Source: Candidatus Poribacteria bacterium (GTDB lineage: Bacteria; Poribacteria; WGA-4E; WGA-3G). From it: DNA of 64,000 bases. Position numbers and translations under genes: made by a program. The DNA is taken from assembly GCA_963665235.2 (NCBI GenBank), contig CAXXLX010000001.1, forward strand, positions 32,001 to 96,000, written 5' to 3'. Shown in pieces: positions 1-10,069 of the stretch. Numbering within the stretch: position 1 is the first letter of the stretch; every line of letters starts with the position of its first letter. Under the pieces are notes generated by a model that saw nothing but the letters and a program-made list of their open reading frames with translations, searched no databases and was not told the DNA's origin.

Positions 1-705
1 GTTGTTAGAACCCTTAACCTTGCGAGACAAATCACGTTGGGCGAACGCGAGTTCTTTAGCATTCTGTTGATAGAACATAGGAGAACTATATCGTTTTGCG
101 TCACTGCCAGTCAGGAAGTCTTTGATACCAAAATCAAACCCTTCAGCCTTACCTGTCTTGGGTTCAGGTATGACTTCGCTATAGTCTTCAGTGAGTGTGA
201 TATAGATGGCACCGAGTGCGTCCCGTGTGACGTGAACTTCTTTGATGGCACCTTGTATCTCGCGATGCAAAGCGAAACGATACCAATGCCCGTTTAGGCG
301 AATTCTATATGTAGGGTGGTTTCTACAATGCTTTTGTGGGTCAAGCAACTTCTCTATACGAACTTGCTCACCGCGAAACGTCATGCCTTTGTGCTTTTGA
401 CATTTCTTGAATTGGGGGCGCCCGCGTTTGTGCGTCCGCATCTCTCTAAACGATTGGGCAAGCCGTTTAAGGACTTTTTGTAATGCCCAGGAATACGGAA
501 TATTCCAATGGGCATACTTCTTCAGTTGCTTTAGTTTTGTCAGGTGCGCAGACATTTTGCCATAGGATAGACCTTTACCATAGCGACGGTAATATCGCAT
601 AGACAGGGCGATGAAGTGATTTCGCACAACACCACAGATATTAAGCTCGTTATGTAGACGCTTTAAGGTCTTGTCGTGAAAAAGTTTGTGTTTTGTATTT
701 CGCAC
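1..705 (-). CDS. tnpB: TnpB RNA-guided endonuclease, N-terminal part (runs off the window; missing from the ORF track)
   Basis: Manual translation from GTG at 705: VRNTKHKLFHDK...GRPQFKK...PKTGKAEGFDFGIKDFLTGSD...QRDLSRKVKGSNN. Contains the RuvC-I motif and is open to position 1. Confidence 0.9.
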   Translation of the reverse strand, partial: MRNTKHKLFHDKTLKRLHNELNICGVVRNHFIALSMRYYRRYGKGLSYGKMSAHLTKLKQLKKYAHWNIPYSWALQKVLKRLAQSFREMRTHKRGRPQFKKCQKHKGMTFRGEQVRIEKLLDPQKHCRNHPTYRIRLNGHWYRFALHREIQGAIKEVHVTRDALGAIYITLTEDYSEVIPEPKTGKAEGFDFGIKDFLTGSDAKRYSSPMFYQQNAKELAFAQRDLSRKVKGSNN

Positions 706-717
706 TATACACCTTTT

Positions 718-1122
718 TCATCTTCCTTCTACATACTGCTCTAAAACGGAGAGGGTTACACCCTCTGTAGAGGCTACAAAATAGGAACGGGTCCACAAGT
801 TCGGAAGCCTTGATTTTAAGTGTGGGAACTCCGCGCGTAACACTTTTGCTGTCATTCCTTTTATTCTGCCGATTAGGATACCCACAGCTTCGGTGGGAGG
901 AATGCTAATCAACAAATGCACGGGGTCTGCCAGGGTTTCCACTGCACGGACAACGTAACCGTATTCTTCTTGAGATTCTAATACAAGTTCTTTTAACCGT
1001 GTTTGGATTTCAGTAGACAAAACCGTACGTCTGTATTTCGTACACCAAATGATGTGATACTCACAGGCGTATGTAGAGGAGCGTGTCTTTTGATATACTA
1101 ACTCTGGTGTTTCTAATTTCAT
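718..1122 (-). CDS. tnpA: IS200-type Y1 HUH transposase, probably inactive (HUH motif reads D-P-V-H)
   Basis: YHIIWCTKYRR, DPVHLLISIPP, LWTRSYFVAS and C-terminal Tyr (EQYVE) are typical of IS200 TnpA; the first His codon is CCC. Confidence 0.9.
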   Translation of the reverse strand: MKLETPELVYQKTRSSTYACEYHIIWCTKYRRTVLSTEIQTRLKELVLESQEEYGYVVRAVETLADPVHLLISIPPTEAVGILIGRIKGMTAKVLRAEFPHLKSRLPNLWTRSYFVASTEGVTLSVLEQYVEGR

Positions 1123-1156
1123 TTTAAAAAACCCTGTTGTGTTAGATTATAGATAT

Positions 1157-1185
1157 ATTATACCACATTTTTATTAGAAAGTCAA
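1157..1185 (-). promoter_or_regulatory. sigma70-like promoter of tnpA
   Basis: Minus strand TTGACT-N17-TATAAT; an equivalent TTGACT-N17-TATACT lies in the second element (about 32829-32857). Confidence 0.6.
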
Positions 1186-1274
1186 AGCATAGGTTCAACC
1201 CATGCGCCGCTACTACATCCCCCAGCTAAAGCACGGGGGTTTTGTAGCGGAAGACTTGATAATTTTTGAAGCTG

Positions 1275-1502
1275 CTATAAACATATCGCCCCGATGGGGC
1301 TAGGTTGGGGGGCGCGGCGGTTTTCTATAAACATACCGCCCCGATGGGGCTAGGTTATGTGTTTGTTGCGTCCTGCTATAAACATATCGCCCCGATGGGG
1401 CTAGGTTGGGGGGCGCGGCGGTTTTCTATAAACATACCGCCCCGATGGGGCTAGGTTGGGGGGCATGGCGGTTTTCTATAAACATATCGCCCCGATGGGG
1501 CT
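1275..1502. repeat. Array of 5 REP-like units CTATAAACATAYCGCCCCGATGGGGCT(AGG), period 50-51 bp
   Basis: Copies start at 1275, 1325, 1376, 1426 and 1476. Each has an internal GCCCC/GGGGC hairpin; the ~20-bp linkers are mostly near-identical. Confidence 0.9.
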
Positions 1503-1653
1503 GCGTTTTCGCATGAGGAGCGGGCTGGTTGACCAATTGAACAGATAATCGCGTGCACAGCACGCTCCTACATAAGAGGACAATTGAAAATTTTGTTTGA
1601 ATATATAAAAAAATATGATACAATGCACAGCATAAGCGTGAAAGGAGGAAATC

Positions 1654-2469
1654 ATGACTCCCAAACAGCGATATCTTTTTGATTTAACAGGATATCTCCA
1701 TCTTAAAAACGTCCTCAGCGGTGAGGAATTGCAAACAGCACAGGATGCTGTTGAACGGTGTGTGCAAACGCCACCAGAGGAGCTCCCGCCCGGTATCAGT
1801 TACGGCGGGGGCGGGTATTCCAACGGGTTCTCGTTCGATAAATCGCTTGAGGCACTCACACTTCACCCGAAAACGTGGCCAATTGTGAAGGAGCTGACGA
1901 GCAACAGACCACGTTTTAATCGTGGGTCTCTGGTTGCAAAGGGCCCGGAACATGACCAGGTTATCGGCAAGTTGCACTGTGCGCGCGAAGATTGCGGATG
2001 GCAGACGCGACGTTATACTGTCAAAAATGGGAAGATTCACAACAACGACTTTGCCATCTTTTTCTACTTCACTGATGTTTACCCTGGTGATGGCGGATTA
2101 GTTGTGCTACCGGGCTCCCATAAAGCGAGGTTTCAACGTCCGGAGGGTCTCTTTTTTCCTGATGTGGAGACTCCCCCTGATGAACTCCATCCTGCCCTCG
2201 TAAATGTTACCGCTCGCGCAGGCGATGCGATTGTCATGTCCGAGCTACTGACACATGGCGTTTTAATATGGAAACCGAACGAACGGTATAGACGATTTCT
2301 CATCTTGCGATACAAAACACAGTTTTTTCAAGACAGTCGGGGAAACAGAAATCCGTTTCCACCTGAGGTAACGGAACGACTTTCTCCTGAAACCCGTGAA
2401 TTAGCACAACCCGCACATTATACACATATCAAGGATATTGTTAAACAGGAACAGGTCCTGCTAACTTGA
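1654..2469 (+). CDS. Phytanoyl-CoA dioxygenase (PhyH) family Fe(II)/2OG oxygenase
   Basis: YLFDLTGYLHL, LHCARE, GGLVVLPGSHK, GDAIVMSELLTHG motifs; AGGAGG RBS. Confidence 0.85.
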   Translation: MTPKQRYLFDLTGYLHLKNVLSGEELQTAQDAVERCVQTPPEELPPGISYGGGGYSNGFSFDKSLEALTLHPKTWPIVKELTSNRPRFNRGSLVAKGPEHDQVIGKLHCAREDCGWQTRRYTVKNGKIHNNDFAIFFYFTDVYPGDGGLVVLPGSHKARFQRPEGLFFPDVETPPDELHPALVNVTARAGDAIVMSELLTHGVLIWKPNERYRRFLILRYKTQFFQDSRGNRNPFPPEVTERLSPETRELAQPAHYTHIKDIVKQEQVLLT

Positions 2470-2481
2470 GAGGCACTGCGA

Positions 2482-3321
2482 ATGACACCCGAACAACGCT
2501 ATCTATTTGATGTTACAGGCTATCTACACATTCAGAATGCCGTCACAGGGGAGGCACTCGAAAAGGCACATGCAGCGGTTGATAGGTATATTCACATGCC
2601 GCTTGCGGAACGTCCTGAAGGTTTCACGACGCGTCCCCGTGAACTGGAACCGGGCAAAGGCGGCAGATATGAACACGGATTCGCCTTCGATCGGGCGCTT
2701 GAGGCAATGACAGTGCATCCCGCTATCTGGCCCCTTATCAAAGAGTTCACCTTTGATAAACCGAGATTCGTCACGGGCACCCTCACGTTGGAACAGCACA
2801 ATCCCAATCGGCAACCGATGGGTACAAACCCCGCAGGGTTACACTGTGCACGTGAAGGACGACACTGGCTCACCCGTTATGAAATTAAGAATGACCGTAT
2901 CTATTGCAACGATTTTGTGGCGTTCTTCTATTTGACAGATGTGCACCCCGGCGATGGTGGACTTATCGTCATCCCCGGTTCACACAAGAGCCAATTTGAA
3001 CGCCCGGAAGACCTGCTGACACCGGGGCCAGACGGTATCGATCCGGAACCGGATGACGTTTTCACCAATATCACCCCGAAAGCGGGGGATTTTGTTGTTA
3101 TCTCTGAACTTTTGACACACGGGGTGTTACAGTGGAAACCGAAAGACCGCGATAGACGATTTCTTATTCTTCGATATCGTCCACAATTTGAAGGCAAATC
3201 CGGACTGCCAGAAGCAATCTTCAATCGTTTGTCACCAGAGGTGCAGGAATTGACAAAAACCGCATCTTATGGACACATAAAGGAAATTGTTAAACAGGAT
3301 GTTGTCAAGCTAACGGCATAG
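2482..3321 (+). CDS. PhyH-family dioxygenase, tandem paralogue
   Basis: Same motifs (LHCARE, GGLIVIPGSHK, SELLTHG); clearly homologous to the upstream gene. Confidence 0.85.
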   Translation: MTPEQRYLFDVTGYLHIQNAVTGEALEKAHAAVDRYIHMPLAERPEGFTTRPRELEPGKGGRYEHGFAFDRALEAMTVHPAIWPLIKEFTFDKPRFVTGTLTLEQHNPNRQPMGTNPAGLHCAREGRHWLTRYEIKNDRIYCNDFVAFFYLTDVHPGDGGLIVIPGSHKSQFERPEDLLTPGPDGIDPEPDDVFTNITPKAGDFVVISELLTHGVLQWKPKDRDRRFLILRYRPQFEGKSGLPEAIFNRLSPEVQELTKTASYGHIKEIVKQDVVKLTA

Positions 3322-3354
3322 TGAGGATGTGTAAAGTTTCTGACACGTCTGCTG

Positions 3355-3434
3355 CTATAAATATATCGTCCCTACGGGACTAGGAGCGGGTGTGCTCTGT
3401 GCTGCTATAAATATATCGTCCCTACGGGACTAGG
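3355..3434. repeat. Two REP-like units CTATAAATATATCGTCCCTACGGGACTAGG
   Basis: Copies at 3355 and 3405; variant of the 1275 family with a compensatory GTCCC/GGGAC stem. Confidence 0.85.
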
Positions 3435-3454
3435 AAATGAATGGAGGAATGCCA

Positions 3455-4498
3455 ATGAAAACTACACAATACCGTGCCTGTCTTGTTGGGTGCGGACGGA
3501 TGGGCGGGACAATTGACGAAGAGGTTCGCTCAACCCCGCACGGCGCACTACCGTATTCACATGCTGCCGGTTATACCGCTTTTGAAAGAACACAGCTTGT
3601 CGCCGCCGCGGATGTGGTCGAAGAAAAGGCACAGCGCGTTTGTGACAAGTGGAACATCCCGAAGTACTACCTTGACTATCAAGAAATGATAATGCAAGAG
3701 AAACCGGATATTGTCAGCATCGCCACGCGTCCGGGGAATCACGCCGACATCACACAATTTGCCGCAGAAAACGGTGTGAAAGGCATCTATTGTGATAAAC
3801 CGCTTTGTGCTTCTATGGAAGAAGCGGACGCTATGCTTGAAGTGTGTGAGAAGTACGACATCAAATTTAACCTCGGCACGCAGCGGCGGTTTACGCCCGG
3901 CTACATCAAAATGCGTCAAATCCTTGAGAGCGGAGAATTAGGGGAACGACGCTCTATCATCTCCTATACCGGCGGTTCCGCTTTATGGGGCTACACCCAC
4001 GCCGCTGACCTTATCCTCTTTTTGGCAAGCGATTCACCGATAGAATACGTCCAAGGCAACGTCGCTGTTGACGATGCTGATTTTGAGGATAACCGTACCG
4101 AGTCCGACCCGGGAATTGTGATGGGATTTATCCGTTTTCAAAACGGCATCAACGGCATCAGCATTCCCGGCACCGCTTACGAATTTGAGGTAAATTGCAC
4201 CGCAGGCACAGTCCGTTCCCTCAACAACGGACTCGGGTTTCAACTCCGCAAACGGCAGGGACAGTTTAATGAAATTTTAGACGCGCAATTCCCCCCCTTT
4301 GAACGGAAAAGTGGCACCGTGGGGTGCATCGAGGACATTGTGGATGCAATTGATACCGATACGGAAACACAAGGCAACATTCAACTTGCACATCGGAGTA
4401 CCGAAATGGTCTTCGCCATAGTGGATTCGCAACGACAGAAGGGCATGCGCGTGTCGATACCGATGGAAAACCGAGGGCTTTACCTCGGAAGGTGGTAA
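3455..4498 (+). CDS. Gfo/Idh/MocA family oxidoreductase
   Basis: LVGCGRMG Rossmann motif and CDKPL; GGAGG RBS favours the start at 3455. Confidence 0.85.
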   Translation: MKTTQYRACLVGCGRMGGTIDEEVRSTPHGALPYSHAAGYTAFERTQLVAAADVVEEKAQRVCDKWNIPKYYLDYQEMIMQEKPDIVSIATRPGNHADITQFAAENGVKGIYCDKPLCASMEEADAMLEVCEKYDIKFNLGTQRRFTPGYIKMRQILESGELGERRSIISYTGGSALWGYTHAADLILFLASDSPIEYVQGNVAVDDADFEDNRTESDPGIVMGFIRFQNGINGISIPGTAYEFEVNCTAGTVRSLNNGLGFQLRKRQGQFNEILDAQFPPFERKSGTVGCIEDIVDAIDTDTETQGNIQLAHRSTEMVFAIVDSQRQKGMRVSIPMENRGLYLGRW

Positions 4499-4503
4499 GC
4501 ATA

Positions 4504-5310
4504 ATGATTAGAAAACTTCAAAAAATAGCAGCGGCCCCACGTGTCCAGAAAACAGCGAAAATTTTCGCTAGCACGGTTGGCGTGCTGCTCCTGCTAACCT
4601 ATGTAGCAACCTCGCTAAAAGGCGCATCGCACGAAGAAGGTGAGCACACACGCCCAGTGAGTACACACTACAAACAGCAGCCCGCCAGTCGAGATGGTAT
4701 CGGCAAAATCTACATGGGCCGAGAAATATCGCAGGTCATGGGACACCTCGCCGCGGGCTGGTTAGAACGTCCCGAACGGGAACGTGAAGAGATGCCGAAT
4801 CGTCTCATTGAAATGCTAAAACTAAAAGAGGGGCATGTCGTTGCGGATATCGGTGTGGGTACAGGCTATATCGCGCGGCGCATCTCACCGAAAATCGGCA
4901 AAACAGGCACCATCTACGGCGTTGAAATTCAGCAGGAGATGCTCGACATCCTCGACGAGAAGATGGCAGCGGAGGGTATTACCAATATCAAAGGCGTATT
5001 AGGCACGATTACCGACCCGAAATTGCCCCCGAACTCGGTGGACCTTGCAATCATGGTAGATGTTTACCACGAATTTTCGCATCCGTATGAGATGATGCAA
5101 AATATCTGCCGTGCCCTCAAAGTGGGTGGCAGGGTCGCCTTTGTAGAATATCGCTTGGAAGACCCAAATGTACCAATCAAACGTTTACACAAGATGAGCG
5201 AATTGCAGGTAATCAAGGAGGCAACACCTCACCCGCTGTCTTGGATAGAAACGCTTGATGGTCTGCCGTGGCAACATGTTATTATTTTTGAGAAGGTTGG
5301 TGAGCAGTAG
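4504..5310 (+). CDS. Class I SAM-dependent methyltransferase with N-terminal membrane anchor
   Basis: VVADIGVGTGY motif I and MVDVYHEF. Confidence 0.85.
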   Translation: MIRKLQKIAAAPRVQKTAKIFASTVGVLLLLTYVATSLKGASHEEGEHTRPVSTHYKQQPASRDGIGKIYMGREISQVMGHLAAGWLERPEREREEMPNRLIEMLKLKEGHVVADIGVGTGYIARRISPKIGKTGTIYGVEIQQEMLDILDEKMAAEGITNIKGVLGTITDPKLPPNSVDLAIMVDVYHEFSHPYEMMQNICRALKVGGRVAFVEYRLEDPNVPIKRLHKMSELQVIKEATPHPLSWIETLDGLPWQHVIIFEKVGEQ

Positions 5311-5801
5311 ATAAAGAGACGTGGAGACGCATTTCTTAAAAAACAGGCGGGGCAGAGGGGCAGGGGGGACCGCCCCCCTGCCCCGCCCGGCAACTTGGCA
5401 ACCCTGTCCTATTTTTTATTCCCATCGGACAGGGTTGTCTAGATGTTGCGAAATAATTATACCTCAATCGTGGTATGGATGTCAAATTGACACCTATAGG
5501 TTTCGCTGCGTTCAACTTGTCCTACAAATACTTTAGTACTTATGTTATCAGGCGAAGAAACGCAATTCTATGAGTACAAATTGCAAGATCGAAGAGACAA
5601 TTCTATTATCGAGACAGGGGTTTTTACAATCCTCAACGATGACTATATCGAGGAGGCACAAGAGTATAAATACTGAAATCCATCATCATTTAACTCACAT
5701 ACCACATGTATATATTATCATATTATGGTAGTTTTTTCAAGAATATAATAAATTTAAATTTTCTTTATTGAATAAAACGTGGAACTTTGTTAAAATTAGA
5801 T

Positions 5802-5894
5802 TAGGACTTACGCATTCCTCCCCGCCTGCGGGGGCGTTAGGGGGGGTAAACCTCTGCGAAAACCCAAAAATCCGTTTTATTTGCGTAAGTCCTG
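5802..5894. mobile_element. MITE with (C/T)AGGACTTACGCA terminal inverted repeats
   Basis: TAGGACTTACGCA...TGCGTAAGTCCTG flanked by a TTAGAT direct repeat. Confidence 0.75.
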
Positions 5895-6014
5895 TTAGAT
5901 ATAGGTAAAATATCGCCTTTAAACCTTTTGTGTGTCAAAACGTTACATGACATGATTTTGTTAGAACAAATTTCAGTTTGCAAGCCATATTGATTGAAAA
6001 GGGAGATCATTTTT

Positions 6015-9000
6015 GTGAAAAACGCTAAAAGTACAGTCCCACTAACTGCTATGTTAGTCTGCTTGTGTGTTGCAATGTTAGGGCTGCCCCTCACATTCGC
6101 AGAACATCATGAAACCGCACAGGCACCCGTTGACTATAATCTGGATATCCGGCCGATTCTATCGAATAACTGCTACGCCTGCCACGGGCCAGACGAAAAG
6201 AGCCGACAGGCAGGACTACGACTGGATACAAAAACCGGCGCGTTCTCTGAACCGAGCGGGTACCCTATTATCACCCCCGGTAAACCGGAAGAAAGTGAAC
6301 TTTACAACCGTATCATCTCCGAGGACGAAAACTATCAGATGCCCCCGGCGGATTTCAACAAGACGCTAACACCTGAACAGATTGAAAAGATTAAGCGGTG
6401 GATTAGCGAAGGCGCGACGTGGAAGGAGCATTGGGCATTCACTACGCCTGTACGTCCAACACTCCCCAACGTCAAAAAGGCGGACTGGGTCAAAAATCCG
6501 ATTGACGCTTTCATTCTTGCCCGACTTGAAAAGGAGGGCTTAAAACCCGCCAAAGCAGCGGATAAACGTACACTCATCCGCCGCCTCAGCTTCGATCTCA
6601 TCGGTTTACCTCCTACACTTGAAGAGATACATCAATTCCTTCAGGACGATTCACCTGATGCTTACGAAAAACTCATTGATACCTTCATGAAAAAGCCCGA
6701 ATACGGCGAACACTTAGGACGCTTCTGGTTAGATGTCGCACGTTATGGCGATACCCACGGCCTGCATCTCGATAATTATCGTGAAATGTGGCCCTATAGG
6801 GATTGGGTTATTAACGCATTCAACAAAAATACGCCGTTCGACCAATTCACGATTGAACAGCTGGCGGGTGATCTGCTCCCGGAGCCAACCCTCGACCAAC
6901 GTGTTGCAACAGGTTTCAACCGATGCCACGTCACAACAAGCGAAGGCGGCTCCATCGCTGAGGAATACTATGTCCGATATGCCGTTGATAGAGCAAACAC
7001 CACAGCCACTGTCTGGATGGGGCTCACCGCTGGATGTGCACAGTGCCACGACCACAAGTACGATCCGATTACGCAGAAGGAATACTATCAGCTTTACGCC
7101 TATTTCAACAATATCACCGAAAATGCGATGGATGGCAACCGTAAGGATTCGCCACCTATTGTGAAGCTGCCGACACCGGAGCAGAAGGCACAACTCGCAA
7201 AATTTGATGAACAGATTAAGGACTTAGACACACAGAGTAAGGGCCCAATACCGCACATAGATGCCGCACAAACGGCTTGGGAAAATAGGATGCCACGATG
7301 GACACCTATTAAGCCGGAGGTTGTGCTTTCACAAGGCGGCGCGACGCTTGAAATCCGTGAAGACAATTCTGTGGTAGCAAGCGGTACAAATCCTGATAAA
7401 GAGGTCTATGAGGTTATTGCAAAATTACCCCCCGGCAAATGGAGTGCCGTGCGATTAGAAGGTCTTCCTGACAAATCCTTGCCCGGAAGTGGAATCGGAC
7501 GCAGCGACAATAGCAATGTCGTCTTGACAGGATTTTCTGTTGACATCGTTCCCGCCGCAAATGCTGAACAGGAGCTTAATGCTGCTAAGGAAGCAGCACA
7601 GAAAGCGGTGGAAGAGGCTAAAGCAGCAGCAGAGGCAAAAGCAGCAGCGGAAGCCAAAGCAGCTGAAGAAGCTAAAGCAGCAGCGGAAGCTAAAGCAGCT
7701 GAAGAAGCTAAAGCGGAAACTGATGCGGAGAAGACTGAAGAAGCAGATGCACCAGAAACCGATGCTGAAAAACCCGCAGAGGAAGCCACACCGGAAACCA
7801 CTGATGAGGCGAAAACTGAGGAAGCCGCACCAGAAACTGATGCTGAAAAACCCGCAGAGGAAGCCGCACCAGAAACCGATGCTGAAAAACCCGCAGAGGA
7901 AGCCGCACCGGAAACCACTGATGAGGCGAAGACTGAGGAAACCGCACCAGAAACCGATGACGCTGAAACACCTGCCGAGGAAGAAGACCCCTGGACAACC
8001 GTTCCCGTTGTGGCAGCCTGGGCAGACAAGGAGCAGGGCGGCGATTTTGCTATTGCTAACGTTATTGACGATAAACCAGAAACAGGCTGGGGATTGGAAA
8101 GCAATAACAATCGAGGCAACAGCCGACAAGCAATCTTTCTTGTCGCAAACCCGTTCAGCACAGAAGGTGGACTGCTAAGAATTCGGCTTAAGCATGAATC
8201 GCAGCACAGCAAACATCATCTCGGTCGATTCAGACTCGCTATTACAGATGCACCGACCATCTACCCCATCGGCTCCAAAGTGTCGCTTGCGAACTGGCAC
8301 GCTGCCGGGCCGTTTACCGCAGAACACGGAAACATCGCCTTCTATAACGTTTATGAACCGGAAACGAAACCTGTCAATACAAAGGATAAATTCACTGTCG
8401 GTTCACAAGAGGTGACGTGGAAACAGCAAACGCATTGGAAAGATGGAGAGGTGCACAACGACATCGTTGGGGAAAATAGTGCAACATACCTCTACCGGAA
8501 CATCGCCTCCGAAACCAAACAGAAAGCGACGCTTTACCTCAGTAGTAATGACGCGTTGAAGGTGTGGGTGAATCAAACGGAAGTGCTTGCCAGTAATATC
8601 CAGCGCGATGCTGCACCGGACACCGAAAAGGTCCAAATCCAACTGAATTCCGGCAACAATTCCCTACTGCTAAAGGTTGTCAACTATTCCGGTCCATCCG
8701 GTTTCTTCTTCCGCATGGAATCCGAGGCACCGATGGTAACAGCGAACATCGTTGACATCGCAGCGGTTGAAAGAGGGAAACGCAACGGAAATCAGCAGAC
8801 GCAACTCCGGGAATATTACCGGCGCAATGTTTCAACCGATGAGGGGTTGAAAAAACTCTACGCAGATATTTCTGATACGCAAAACAAAAGGAACGCCTTA
8901 AACAATTCGCTCACGACAACATTAGTCATGCAGGAGCGAACGGAACCTCGAGGGGCGTACGTCCTGGAACGCGGCGCGTATCAGCACCGAGGCGAGCAGG

Positions 9001-10007
9001 TCCATCCACAAACCCCGGCAGTCCTCCCACCGATGGTGAAGGGAATGCCGCCAAATCGGCTTTCGCTTGCGAAATGGTTGGTCTCCGCGAAACATCCGCT
9101 CACCGCGCGGGTTACCATTAACCGTTTCTGGCAAAATATTTTTGGGACCGGTATTGTGAAGACAGCGGAGGACTTCGGCACACAGGGCACATCGCCGACA
9201 CATCCGGAACTTCTCGATTGGCTCGCAACCGAATTTGTCGCCTCCGGGTGGGATATACAAGCGATGTTGAAACTTATGTTCACCTCAGCGACATACCAAC
9301 AAGGTGCACAGATTACGTCTGAAAAGTTGGAACGGGATGCCGATAACGTGCTGCTCTCTCGCGCACCGAGATATCGCTTCGATGCCGAAATCGTCCGCGA
9401 TAACGCACTTGCGCTCAGCGGGTTGTTATACACACGTATCGGCGGACCGAGTGTCAAACCCCCGCAACCGGGTGGACTTTGGAAGGCGGTCGGGTTTACC
9501 GGCTCTAATACCGATACCTTTAGGAAAGATAGCGGTGCCGATAAGGTGTATCGTCGGAGCCTCTACACGTTCTGGAAGCGGACTGCACCGCCGCCACAGA
9601 TGAACATCTTGGACGCACCCTCACGCGAGGCATGCACAATTCGCCGTGAACGTACCAATACGCCGATGCAGGCACTCATGTTGATGAACGACCCACAGTT
9701 CGTTGAAGCAGCACGTGCTTTCGCTGAACGCACGATTAAAGAGGGTGGCAAAACACCCGAAGAGCGACTCGCTTACATCTTTGAGCTTGCAACCGCACGC
9801 GAACCGAAACCTACGGAAGCGGCAGTGCTACTTGAAACGCTCCAAGCACACGCCGAAGAATTGAAAGCAGTGCCGGAAGCCGCCAAAGAACTCATCGCGG
9901 TCGGCGAATCTAAACCGGATGAGAAATTAGATGCAGTCGAACTTGCTACATGGACGATGATTGCAAACCTAATTCTCAATCTGGACGAAGTCCTGAACAA
10001 AGGATAA
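6015..10007 (+). CDS. PSD1/planctomycete cytochrome c protein (PSCyt1 + DUF1549 + DUF1553)
   Basis: Signal peptide; CYACH and CAQCH heme motifs; WAF...NPIDAFI, RWLDVARY-like, HPELLDWLA and QALMLMND motifs; GTG start after GGGAG. Confidence 0.9.
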   Translation: MKNAKSTVPLTAMLVCLCVAMLGLPLTFAEHHETAQAPVDYNLDIRPILSNNCYACHGPDEKSRQAGLRLDTKTGAFSEPSGYPIITPGKPEESELYNRIISEDENYQMPPADFNKTLTPEQIEKIKRWISEGATWKEHWAFTTPVRPTLPNVKKADWVKNPIDAFILARLEKEGLKPAKAADKRTLIRRLSFDLIGLPPTLEEIHQFLQDDSPDAYEKLIDTFMKKPEYGEHLGRFWLDVARYGDTHGLHLDNYREMWPYRDWVINAFNKNTPFDQFTIEQLAGDLLPEPTLDQRVATGFNRCHVTTSEGGSIAEEYYVRYAVDRANTTATVWMGLTAGCAQCHDHKYDPITQKEYYQLYAYFNNITENAMDGNRKDSPPIVKLPTPEQKAQLAKFDEQIKDLDTQSKGPIPHIDAAQTAWENRMPRWTPIKPEVVLSQGGATLEIREDNSVVASGTNPDKEVYEVIAKLPPGKWSAVRLEGLPDKSLPGSGIGRSDNSNVVLTGFSVDIVPAANAEQELNAAKEAAQKAVEEAKAAAEAKAAAEAKAAEEAKAAAEAKAAEEAKAETDAEKTEEADAPETDAEKPAEEATPETTDEAKTEEAAPETDAEKPAEEAAPETDAEKPAEEAAPETTDEAKTEETAPETDDAETPAEEEDPWTTVPVVAAWADKEQGGDFAIANVIDDKPETGWGLESNNNRGNSRQAIFLVANPFSTEGGLLRIRLKHESQHSKHHLGRFRLAITDAPTIYPIGSKVSLANWHAAGPFTAEHGNIAFYNVYEPETKPVNTKDKFTVGSQEVTWKQQTHWKDGEVHNDIVGENSATYLYRNIASETKQKATLYLSSNDALKVWVNQTEVLASNIQRDAAPDTEKVQIQLNSGNNSLLLKVVNYSGPSGFFFRMESEAPMVTANIVDIAAVERGKRNGNQQTQLREYYRRNVSTDEGLKKLYADISDTQNKRNALNNSLTTTLVMQERTEPRGAYVLERGAYQHRGEQVHPQTPAVLPPMVKGMPPNRLSLAKWLVSAKHPLTARVTINRFWQNIFGTGIVKTAEDFGTQGTSPTHPELLDWLATEFVASGWDIQAMLKLMFTSATYQQGAQITSEKLERDADNVLLSRAPRYRFDAEIVRDNALALSGLLYTRIGGPSVKPPQPGGLWKAVGFTGSNTDTFRKDSGADKVYRRSLYTFWKRTAPPPQMNILDAPSREACTIRRERTNTPMQALMLMNDPQFVEAARAFAERTIKEGGKTPEERLAYIFELATAREPKPTEAAVLLETLQAHAEELKAVPEAAKELIAVGESKPDEKLDAVELATWTMIANLILNLDEVLNKG
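7570..7985 (+). repeat. Intragenic low-complexity repeats (AAEAKA; PETDAEKPAEEAA) in the PSD1 protein
   Basis: Tandem 18-nt and 39-nt units visible in both DNA and protein. Confidence 0.9.
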
Positions 10008-10069
10008 TTATACCGAATGTACGCGACCGAAAGGTCGCGTACATCCCTATTTTGAACGCGGTGCACCTG

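Larger units (their letters stand above)
1..1258 (-). mobile_element. IS200/IS605-family (IS608-like) element, tnpA+tnpB; right part lies outside the window
   Basis: tnpA and tnpB on the minus strand. Left end reads TTAT|CAAGTCTTCCGCTACAAAACCCCCGTGCTTTAGCTGGGGG, nearly identical to the left end at 32872-32929. Confidence 0.9.

Noticed and set aside
1275-1502. CRISPR array next to TnpB (Cas12-like system)
   Set aside because: Linkers are only about 20 bp and mostly copies of each other. The repeat is dispersed across the window, there are no cas genes, and the TnpB sits in a normal IS with its own ends.
1426-1664. Small ORFs here and at 40941-41237 and 32991-33248
   Set aside because: They are translations of REP or heptamer repeats without RBS support.
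7406-8212. Long antisense and alternate-frame ORFs over the PSD1 repeat
   Set aside because: By-products of stop-poor low-complexity repeats.
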